The notes below the pieces were generated by a model that saw only the letters and a program-made list of their open reading frames with translations, did no database searches and was not told the DNA's origin. A stretch of DNA of 64,000 nt from a virus, in the IMG/VR virus record IMGVR_UViG_3300023178_000019, positions 1 through 64,000 of that record; one strand, 5' to 3'. Of this stretch, positions 1 through 7,642 are shown in pieces (the first letter of the stretch is position 1; every line of letters begins with the position of its first letter). A program made the translations under genes and the position numbers.

Positions 1-2
1 TA

Positions 3-338
3 GTGGAGATATTGTTGTTGCACATTTAATAAATCATTTTCAGTAATTGTTACAGTGAACTGACCTTTGGTAGCAGTTGTGGAGCCATCGTCTTGTACTG
101 TGCAATCTCTTTCAATAATCTTTACATTGTTTTCATCAAACACAACCAACACTGGTGTTGTTGTAATTGTTACAGGCTTTTGATCTGCATTAAGCAATCT
201 AAACTGTAATTGATTGTCTATCCCTCTATAAACTTTTAATTGTCTACTATACACTGGTCTATACTCCACAACGAATCCTATATCGTTTGATACAACATCA
301 ACTTTGTTTTCATATAAATATCTAGGTATAAGTTGCAT
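3..338 (-). CDS. Hypothetical phage protein, 3' end runs off the window (MQLIPRYLYENKVDVVSNDIGFVVEYRPVYSRQLKVYRGIDNQLQFRLLNADQKPV...)
   Basis: Not in ORF track; manual translation from ATG at 338 is open to the window edge; AAGGA SD and TAAATA box (367-372) upstream. Confidence 0.7.
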   Translation of the reverse strand, partial: MQLIPRYLYENKVDVVSNDIGFVVEYRPVYSRQLKVYRGIDNQLQFRLLNADQKPVTITTTPVLVVFDENNVKIIERDCTVQDDGSTTATKGQFTVTITENDLLNVQQQYLH

Positions 339-380
339 ACAAAAAGGATCCTTAATTTATTTAAAGTATTTATCGCTAAT

Positions 381-752
381 ATGTTATTAAAAGATATAGA
401 AAAAAACTTTCCTTATATTTCTGTCGTCACATATGGTGGACAAGAATATGTAGGAATCATTTCCAATCAAGATCAGTACATTACATCTATGTATGTGTAC
501 ACTAATCTCCGATCTGAAGATGAGCGTAAAGCTTTTTTAGAACTGGGTGATATATGGTGGTGGGAATCTAACAGGATGATACCAATTAATATATTTTTGA
601 GAAAAGACATAGAACCTTTTAGACATGCACTCATAACAATGAATAGCAAAGATGTCAAGGTTACAATTGGCCCTTGTGTTAATTTAAACAACCTTGCAAT
701 AAAACGTGTAAAACGCAAAAGTGTACAGCTAGTTAAAAAACCTAGATCTTAG
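381..752 (+). CDS. Hypothetical phage protein
   Basis: ORF 333..752; ATG at 381 (MLLKDIEKNFPY) avoids overlap with the divergent gene. Confidence 0.7.
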   Translation: MLLKDIEKNFPYISVVTYGGQEYVGIISNQDQYITSMYVYTNLRSEDERKAFLELGDIWWWESNRMIPINIFLRKDIEPFRHALITMNSKDVKVTIGPCVNLNNLAIKRVKRKSVQLVKKPRS

Positions 753-768
753 TAAACCAAACGTTTCT

Positions 769-1332
769 TTAGTAGCCATTGAGTTGCTCACACAATAAGT
801 TCATATGTACAACACATGCTATAGCATATGATACAGCATGTGCTTTTTTAAAATAGTATTCACCGTTTTCAGGTTTGATCCAGACTTCTTTTAGTATCGT
901 CTGCCAGTCCTTGTCCGCTAGGTGTCTTTTTGCCGGACGAATTATCGCCAGTGTCGCTGCCAATTGTTCTACCGATGTAGGCTTCAATTGTTTCAACAGA
1001 CTGCTGTGCCCGCTTAGATGAAAGACTTGATCTACGAATTCTTCGTGCTCCAATAGTTCCCATAGTGGTTCCTTTTGCATGAGACTCATTAAATGTGTCT
1101 CATCTTGGATGTCTTTGTATATAGACACATTTAAAAAATCTAATTTAAAATAACCTCTGTCTTCGGCGTTTTTGTAGTCGATAGTAGATAGGTTATCCAC
1201 AGGGTTGTGAGGAATTTCTGTAACATAGACGCCGGTGTTGTGTTTCTTTTCACTATCAAGTTTAGCAACACGGTGTTGTATCTTTGACAACACAATGTCT
1301 CTGTCTGCAAAATCTATGTCAATATCTGGCAT
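769..1332 (-). CDS. dnaE: Miniature DNA polymerase III alpha (C-family) catalytic-core protein
   Basis: Ordered DnaE motifs PDIDIDF, HNTGVY (cf. HAGGVV), KLDFL, AIIRP (cf. ALxRPG), YYFKKAHAVSYA (cf. YGFNKSHAxxYA). Confidence 0.85.
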   Translation of the reverse strand: MPDIDIDFADRDIVLSKIQHRVAKLDSEKKHNTGVYVTEIPHNPVDNLSTIDYKNAEDRGYFKLDFLNVSIYKDIQDETHLMSLMQKEPLWELLEHEEFVDQVFHLSGHSSLLKQLKPTSVEQLAATLAIIRPAKRHLADKDWQTILKEVWIKPENGEYYFKKAHAVSYAIACVVHMNLLCEQLNGY

Positions 1333-2033
1333 TATAGATTACTTTCTTTTGCAACATCTTTAACAAGCTGCACATCACTTGGTTTTCTTTTAAATCGCAT
1401 AGCCCAATGTTCAGGGTTAATAACGTGATAAACAAGATTTAATTGTTCGTCATTAAACTTACTTAACATGTCTTTTCCGCTTTTACAATTAAGTAATAGC
1501 CAAGGCGATATCTTTCCGTCTTTAATATGCCACACTGCTCTATTTAAACTAACATAATTAAAATAATGATTCCATGCAGCAGGCTCATTTTCTTCTGCCC
1601 AATCCATCATTGTTTTTACACTACGTTCAAGTGCAGTAGCAACATCTTCTTTAAGAATAAATTCTAGTGCATACTTTTCGTACAGTTCATCTCGTGCCCA
1701 GTGATCTAACTTGACACCGCTTGTAACCACATAATCGATATATCGCTCAGGATATAAAGGTTTGACATTGCTAAGAAAACTGCCAAACTTAACAAAAGCA
1801 TTATAATAGGGGCTTGCACAAAAATCTTCATATGTTTTTTCTTTCTTAGTTCCTGCACTGAGTTTGTAAAATCGTTGAAAGGCATAAAAGCCGTACCTTA
1901 CTCGCTTTTCATCTTTTTGTAAAGAACGTCTCTTCTTTTCACACATATGAGCTGCAAGAGTCTTTTCTCGCATATAACCATTGCCGCAGTATTCGCATTT
2001 GTATGGTTTATCAGAGCTTGACGTCAACGTCAT
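1332..2033 (-). CDS. Hypothetical protein with N-terminal C2H2/C2HC-type zinc finger
   Basis: KPYKCEYCGNGYMREKTLAAHMC; ATG at 2033 overlaps the end of the upstream gene. Confidence 0.7.
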   Translation of the reverse strand: MTLTSSSDKPYKCEYCGNGYMREKTLAAHMCEKKRRSLQKDEKRVRYGFYAFQRFYKLSAGTKKEKTYEDFCASPYYNAFVKFGSFLSNVKPLYPERYIDYVVTSGVKLDHWARDELYEKYALEFILKEDVATALERSVKTMMDWAEENEPAAWNHYFNYVSLNRAVWHIKDGKISPWLLLNCKSGKDMLSKFNDEQLNLVYHVINPEHWAMRFKRKPSDVQLVKDVAKESNL

Positions 2034-2478
2034 GTTCTTCAGCCAATTGTTTGAGTTCTTTTTTTGTAGATAGTCTAGCAAGTAATTCTACCTCGTCTTG
2101 TTTCATATTCGGATATATTTCTTCTAATAATTTTATTGCTTTCGAATTAGATTCGGTTTTCTTTTTAAATCCAATGTATGGATGGAATTCTATTTTTCCA
2201 GTTGCTCCGCTCATGCACAATAGTTGCCACATCAGTTCTTGATGACCGGTTTCTTTGCCTACACCGATTGTATTAAAATGTTTGTTATAGTACTTATTTG
2301 TGTTTTCTATTGCACGTTCTTGTTTTTCTCTGTTGCCAGCAACATTACTAACGTATCTATTAAGTAACCAAAAGCCTACACTCTTTTTTTCTTCGTCAGT
2401 AAATTCTTTCCAGGCTCCTTTGTAGTTCATATCTATACAGCCAAGTATTTGTTTTAGATTAAGTTTTTCTTGTGCCAC
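2011..2478 (-). CDS. Probable clamp-loader small subunit (T4 gp62-like)
   Basis: Size and FWLLNRYVS...TNKYYN...KLLEEIYP...LSTKKEL pattern resemble gp62-like proteins; replication context. Confidence 0.5.
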   Translation of the reverse strand: MAQEKLNLKQILGCIDMNYKGAWKEFTDEEKKSVGFWLLNRYVSNVAGNREKQERAIENTNKYYNKHFNTIGVGKETGHQELMWQLLCMSGATGKIEFHPYIGFKKKTESNSKAIKLLEEIYPNMKQDEVELLARLSTKKELKQLAEEHDVDVKL

Positions 2479-3143
2479 TCTTCTGCATCCTCAGGTGTGT
2501 TTATCTCTGTACCATTAAATTGTACACTCAAACAGCCTATTTGCCAACCGTTTTTTAACCAACGCAATTGTTCTAATTGCTCAATTCTTTCCTCTTTAGG
2601 TATAGGCATATCTTGATAACATTGTAAAGCGTTTTTACTATATCCATAAACGCCTAAATGCCATTCGCCATACCCTGTCATACCTCTACCAAACCATAAT
2701 GCATTGTCTCCTGCACGTATCATTTTTACACTGCTAGGATCATCTTGCTTTGCTTCAGGCATATTAGTAAACACTGTGCTTACATTATAATGTTGTAAAC
2801 TAAAAATACATTTGTCTATCATTTCCTTTGTTACGTCTGGCATGTCACCTTGTACATTTATAAAATTATCGTACTCATCAAACTTACGACTAGCAATTGC
2901 TCCGGCACATCTTTCGGTACCGTTTTCATAATCATGTGAATCTATATAAATGCCTACACCAGATGCTTGTGCTGCCTGTGCAATAGTTTTGTTATCTGTT
3001 AGCACATAGGTATCATACCCTGTTGCTTTACAAGCTTCTGCTACTCGTTGTATCATAGGTTTATCCCCTAACATAGTCAGAGGCTTTCCTGGGTATCTTG
3101 TGCTGCCGTATCTAGCGGGAATAAGAATGGCTGATGATGTCAC
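2454..3143 (-). CDS. kdsB: CMP-Kdo synthetase (3-deoxy-manno-octulosonate cytidylyltransferase)
   Basis: IPARYGSTRYPGKPL, GTER, INVQGDMP, HLGVYGY, EQLEQLRWL, INTPED. Confidence 0.95.
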   Translation of the reverse strand: MTSSAILIPARYGSTRYPGKPLTMLGDKPMIQRVAEACKATGYDTYVLTDNKTIAQAAQASGVGIYIDSHDYENGTERCAGAIASRKFDEYDNFINVQGDMPDVTKEMIDKCIFSLQHYNVSTVFTNMPEAKQDDPSSVKMIRAGDNALWFGRGMTGYGEWHLGVYGYSKNALQCYQDMPIPKEERIEQLEQLRWLKNGWQIGCLSVQFNGTEINTPEDAEEWHKKNLI

Positions 3144-3873
3144 GTACTACCTCCTCAAAGTTTTTTAACTTCAACATATTAGGCCCATCGCTTGGTGCAT
3201 TGTCTGGATCAGCATGTACTTCTAAAAAGAAGCTGTCGATGCCCAAAGCAGAAGCAGCACGAGTAAGACCTGGAACGAAATCGCGATTGCCTCCACTTGA
3301 AGTGCCGTTTCCACCCGGCTTCTGTACCGAGTGGGTAGCATCCAATACAATGGGAACGTTATAATTAGTGAGCATATAGTCAAGCCCAGTAAAATCAACA
3401 ACCAGGGTATTATAACCAAAACTTGTACCTCTCTCTGTTATCCATACTTCTTTAGCACCTTCTGTTTTACTTAGTATTCCTTTGACATCCCACGGTGCTA
3501 GGAACTGCCCTTTTTTAATATTTACAATACAGTTTGTTTTACAAGCGGCTTGTATTAAATCTGTTTGACGACATAAGAATGCAGGTATTTGTAAAACATC
3601 TACAATGTCTTTTAGATACTGTATTTGATCTACTTCATGTACATCTGTTAGTGCTTTTACATTTAGTTCGTCTTTTAGCGCAAGTATGTCATGCACAAAT
3701 GGGTGTAAGCCTACCCCACGTTTGCCTGTTACGCTTGTACGATTTGCTTTGTCAAAACTTGCTTTAAAGTAGTAATCAATTCCATACTTGTCGCACACAC
3801 GTTTACACTCACGTGCAATCTCTGCACTCTGTGCTAGTGTTTCGTGTTGGCAGGGTCCTGCAATAATTCTCAT
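3112..3873 (-). CDS. kdsA: Kdo-8-phosphate synthase (metal-dependent type)
   Basis: IAGPC, KASFDKANRTS, IPAFLCRQTDL, KKGQFLAP, ERGTSFGY, DATHSVQ, PSDG; GGAG SD before ATG 3873. Confidence 0.97.
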   Translation of the reverse strand: MRIIAGPCQHETLAQSAEIARECKRVCDKYGIDYYFKASFDKANRTSVTGKRGVGLHPFVHDILALKDELNVKALTDVHEVDQIQYLKDIVDVLQIPAFLCRQTDLIQAACKTNCIVNIKKGQFLAPWDVKGILSKTEGAKEVWITERGTSFGYNTLVVDFTGLDYMLTNYNVPIVLDATHSVQKPGGNGTSSGGNRDFVPGLTRAASALGIDSFFLEVHADPDNAPSDGPNMLKLKNFEEVVRDIISHSYSR

Positions 3874-4583
3874 ATTATTCTCCAATTTTTAGGATTTGAC
3901 AAAGCTCGATTGTAACTGTTTATATTTTCTTTTTTAGTATACAACATGTCGCCCGCTACACAAAAGCGGCTTTGTTGCAATGATTCTTTATTTGTAAATG
4001 TTTTTCCTTCTTCATATTTGTCGCCTTGTCGTTCTTCAATACAATGTTTTAACTTAGACGGAAATATAAAAAGAGAACCTTCTGTTATAGGAAATGAAAT
4101 AATATTACTGTTTATAGACGTCCATTCAGTAATATAGTTACTAAAAAAATGTGCATAAGGTTCGTTAGCATGAGCTTCATTAAAATTATAAATCATAATA
4201 TCTCTATCTTTTCCGTTAGCAATAAAAGGATAATAGGTAAAAGAAATATGATTTTCGGAATGGTCGTGAACATCAATACCACTCTGATTAGTAACATTAA
4301 AAAAGCACTTAGTTAGATGTACATCAAGGGTGTCTGCATTTATATTAAGACATTTAAAATATTCATTGATACTAATTTTTAATTTGTTCATTAATAGATC
4401 ATTAAATATTGTTTCATTTTGTATATTTTCAAATCCAATAAAGTCTTGAGACCTACCTTCATTGTTAGAATTTTTTAAGTATAAATCAAACCAACAGTCT
4501 TTTTCCTTATCTGTAACAGTGTGTAATGTTTCAGATACTACAGTAGGAAATATTAAATGATTATTTACAATCAATTGTTTCAT
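3870..4583 (-). CDS. Putative 2OG-Fe(II) oxygenase-like protein
   Basis: HDH...ISFTYY...EGSLFIFPSKLKH...R pattern. Confidence 0.65.
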   Translation of the reverse strand: MKQLIVNNHLIFPTVVSETLHTVTDKEKDCWFDLYLKNSNNEGRSQDFIGFENIQNETIFNDLLMNKLKISINEYFKCLNINADTLDVHLTKCFFNVTNQSGIDVHDHSENHISFTYYPFIANGKDRDIMIYNFNEAHANEPYAHFFSNYITEWTSINSNIISFPITEGSLFIFPSKLKHCIEERQGDKYEEGKTFTNKESLQQSRFCVAGDMLYTKKENINSYNRALSNPKNWRII

Positions 4584-4849
4584 TTACTTTCTTTCGCAAT
4601 ATAATACATCGTAACTAGTTTATCCAGTTGATTTTTTAGTGTAGGATTTGTTGCAGCAACTTCGCACAAATTTATCCATTCACCATAGTCTATTAGCTTA
4701 CCTTGAGCTTTAGCAACGGCAGCCGGATCCCCGCCTACTATCCAGCGAGGTATCTCGGGCTTGTCGCGATAATGAGCGTATACAACACCGTTGCTACGCT
4801 CATATATCAGTGCTTCACCGGGGATTAAATTACCCTTTGGCAGTGTCAT
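4580..4849 (-). CDS. Hypothetical protein
   Basis: 89-aa ORF overlapping both neighbours in the operon. Confidence 0.65.
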   Translation of the reverse strand: MTLPKGNLIPGEALIYERSNGVVYAHYRDKPEIPRWIVGGDPAAVAKAQGKLIDYGEWINLCEVAATNPTLKNQLDKLVTMYYIAKESK

Positions 4850-5486
4850 TTAACTTACCTTTTAGGTAGTTAAGTAATATACCGTATGCCGGTAGGAACA
4901 CAATTAAGCCAACTACAATCTTAGTCAGTGTGTTGTTCTGTGCAACAATGTGCCAGTTCTCACCAATCCAAGTTAAGTTGCCTTCTGCGTCTGTTGAACC
5001 TGCAAATGCCACATAAAAGAATGAATATGTGTCAATGATGTTGGCTGCAATAGTTGAAATTGCTGGCGCTGCCCACCATGCATTTGAACGTTCACGGATT
5101 GCTTGGAAAACATATACATCAAGCATTGTACCAATAGCATATGCAGTACCACTTGCAAATCCTACTCTGTATGCATGTTCATCACCTAGTGCTAATAATA
5201 CTAGCACTGAAGCAATAATAGCAGGAATAATAGCCATTGCTACTACTGCACGACCTGCTTCTTTACCAACCATACGTACTGTTAGGTCAGTTGCTACAAC
5301 AACGATTGGAAACGTAAACGCTGCCGCCGCTAAAGGGAATGATCCAAACAAGGGCAAATCCGCACCTGGAAATAAATCAAACCTAATTGTAACCAAATAA
5401 TTACTTACTGCAATTACTAGTGTGTGTAAGATTACAAGATTTCTAACTAGAGTCTTGTCTACACCGTCTAATAGTTTTGTAAACAT
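4830..5486 (-). CDS. yhhQ: Queuosine-precursor (preQ0/preQ1) transporter, YhhQ/VUT family
   Basis: Hydrophobic; HTLVIAVSNYLV, FTFP..VATDLTVR..G, AS..AYA.G..LDV.VF, WW.AP..ST...N..DT..FF..AF match E. coli YhhQ. Confidence 0.9.
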   Translation of the reverse strand: MFTKLLDGVDKTLVRNLVILHTLVIAVSNYLVTIRFDLFPGADLPLFGSFPLAAAAFTFPIVVVATDLTVRMVGKEAGRAVVAMAIIPAIIASVLVLLALGDEHAYRVGFASGTAYAIGTMLDVYVFQAIRERSNAWWAAPAISTIAANIIDTYSFFYVAFAGSTDAEGNLTWIGENWHIVAQNNTLTKIVVGLIVFLPAYGILLNYLKGKLNDTAKG

Positions 5487-5487
5487 T

Positions 5488-5859
5488 TTACTTCTTTCCT
5501 TTTGTTACTTCGGTGCCAACTGTTCGACGAACAATATCGTCATGATTAAATTCAGCCCAGTATAGTTCAAAAGCGACACCATCTTCTAAACCTTCAAACT
5601 GGTGAATTTTTCCGGGTTTTACTTGTGTAAAGTCACCCGCTTCAAGAATGGTTTCATCAACCAAACCTTCTTGATCTGCATCTTGCCAAACACGAACAAG
5701 CATCTTGCCCGATTCAACAAAGAATCCGTTCCACTTAAATCTGTGTTCGTGTTCTGAACACTTATAACCTGCATTAAACTCAATACGGTGAAATTCTAGT
5801 ACACCGTTTGCGTGTATAAGTTCTGTATTACCCCAGATCTTTCCTGCTTTAATTCCCAT
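5488..5859 (-). CDS. Cupin-fold protein (sugar isomerase-like)
   Basis: KIWG, CSEHEHRFKWNGFFVESG, PGKIHQF cupin motifs; GGAG SD before ATG 5859. Confidence 0.75.
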   Translation of the reverse strand: MGIKAGKIWGNTELIHANGVLEFHRIEFNAGYKCSEHEHRFKWNGFFVESGKMLVRVWQDADQEGLVDETILEAGDFTQVKPGKIHQFEGLEDGVAFELYWAEFNHDDIVRRTVGTEVTKGKK

Positions 5860-6439
5860 TGTTTTCTCCAAAATAATTAAACCATCCTGTAACAATATAC
5901 TTGGTTTCTGTAGAGGAAGGAACTCCTCTATGTGTAAAGGTCCAGTCAGCTGGCCATATTAATGTCAAACCTTTTTCAGGTTTAACTTTTATTTTTTGAT
6001 GAAAGAATTCAGTTTCTCCTCCATCAGTTATATCATTTAAGTACGTCATGAATACCATATGTCTTGTACTAATTTGATATTCAACTCCGCTGCGTTCTGT
6101 ATGCCACTTGTGATATCCTTGAGACGGTTTATATTCTTGTATATTAATGTTATCATTAATTCCCCAAGGACTATAAAAATTTACAAAAGGATAAAGGTTA
6201 ATATATTCTGAAGCAACATCCATTAGTTGAGTTACATATAAATTTGCTAACTGTGCATCTTGCAGATAGCAATCAGTACTATCCTTTACCGTAGCATCTA
6301 CACCATTAGACGAACGTCCTAAAAATTTATTGTTGTTATTTTTAAAATAGTCTATAATTTGATCACATGTATCTAAGTTGTCTAAATACCAACCTCGTAT
6401 AAAATCATTATTATTATGTGTTTGACTATGTACTTGCAT
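5849..6439 (-). CDS. 2OG-Fe(II) oxygenase
   Basis: WHTE...MTYLND..DGGETEF...LIWPADWTFTHRG...KYIVTGW. Confidence 0.85.
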   Translation of the reverse strand: MQVHSQTHNNNDFIRGWYLDNLDTCDQIIDYFKNNNNKFLGRSSNGVDATVKDSTDCYLQDAQLANLYVTQLMDVASEYINLYPFVNFYSPWGINDNINIQEYKPSQGYHKWHTERSGVEYQISTRHMVFMTYLNDITDGGETEFFHQKIKVKPEKGLTLIWPADWTFTHRGVPSSTETKYIVTGWFNYFGENNGN

Positions 6440-6945
6440 TATAATAATTGTGCGTATTCTATTACTTCACATTGTCTGCTTATATCTTTTACAAAATATG
6501 CACACAAGGATTCATCTCCGTCACTAATTGGTACACTTAATAGTTGTCCATTACGCATTTTTGGGAAGTACCACTTAACGTCATTATAAAAGTTTGTGAT
6601 TTTTATAGATCCAAAATCTATTTTATAACTAGTTAATGGGTTAAAAAGGAATGCTTCAAAACCTCGATCGTTTATACTAGTTAGCGGAAGAATTTCTAAA
6701 TCGTTTCCAGTCTGACTGTCGCCGACCGCCATACACCAATCTATAGGCATCATAATTTCTTTACCATTTATTTCCATAACAATAGCAGGTGCGCTAAATG
6801 ACTCGACAAAAATTAAAGGCATAAAAAAGAAATCAGGATTTTTAGGATCTGAATTATCTAGAACACTAAAATGTATTTCGTCTTCTAATTTATCTGGTAA
6901 ACTATTTAATTTAAAAGTTTTGTTGTCAAGTGTCAATATTTGCAT
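6439..6945 (-). CDS. Hypothetical protein (possible degenerate Hint fold)
   Basis: 168-aa ORF in the uvsW operon; see findings. Confidence 0.7.
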   Translation of the reverse strand: MQILTLDNKTFKLNSLPDKLEDEIHFSVLDNSDPKNPDFFFMPLIFVESFSAPAIVMEINGKEIMMPIDWCMAVGDSQTGNDLEILPLTSINDRGFEAFLFNPLTSYKIDFGSIKITNFYNDVKWYFPKMRNGQLLSVPISDGDESLCAYFVKDISRQCEVIEYAQLL

Positions 6946-7642
6946 TTTTCTTCCTTAGGTAAGATCTAAATCTTTGATAAGCTAGACCAGGTTTAAATTC
7001 CCATATTTTAGTTAATATCCTTTCAGCATCGTCATGGCTAATAAATTCGCAACTTAACTCGTATTCTTCTTCAGTCCCAGGAAGTAGCATAGCTAAAGGT
7101 TCTCCTGCTCTAATATTATAAGTTACTGGATTTTCTTTTATCGGAAATAAGGCAAATAAATTTGATCTATTATAATATTTAAATTCAAAGGTTCCGGGAA
7201 TAATTACATAATCACAAGGAGAAGTTTGATCCCAAGTAGGTTGAATTGAATGCCATTTTATATCTTTATTACATTCCATTAACCAAGGTGATACAAATTT
7301 AACTGCAACGTGATTAGGCCATACTCCTGGCGCTTGTGTGTCTAACTGATGTGTAAATACAACTACTCCCCATTTTTCATTTTGAACTTCAACAGAAGTT
7401 TCACCGTTTGGAAATATTGTAATAGACATATCTTGCCAAGCAGGAATAGTTATTGAATCTGCATATAAATCTAATAATCCTGTACATACTTTTGCATTTA
7501 AAGGCTTATCTGATTTTAAATCATTTTTACCTAACTTTTTAAACCATGACGGCATTTGAGATTTAACAACTGGAAATAAGTCAATAAGACCGGTAGACGG
7601 AGCATAAGCTGTAAGTTTAAGTTTTTCTTTTTTCCTAAACAT
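6926..7642 (-). CDS. Hypothetical protein
   Basis: Likely start MFRKKEK at 7642 overlapping the uvsW stop; PSWFKK...KVCTGL.D...IPAW, GEPLA. Confidence 0.7.
   Translation of the reverse strand: MFRKKEKLKLTAYAPSTGLIDLFPVVKSQMPSWFKKLGKNDLKSDKPLNAKVCTGLLDLYADSITIPAWQDMSITIFPNGETSVEVQNEKWGVVVFTHQLDTQAPGVWPNHVAVKFVSPWLMECNKDIKWHSIQPTWDQTSPCDYVIIPGTFEFKYYNRSNLFALFPIKENPVTYNIRAGEPLAMLLPGTEEEYELSCEFISHDDAERILTKIWEFKPGLAYQRFRSYLRKKNANIDT

Noticed and set aside
769-1332. Calling mini-dnaE a pseudogene
   Set aside because: Intact ORF with all catalytic motifs, coupled start, and no adjacent frameshifted remnants
5486-5500. preQ1 riboswitch upstream of yhhQ
   Set aside because: Only a 1-bp gap to the upstream gene and no recognisable aptamer
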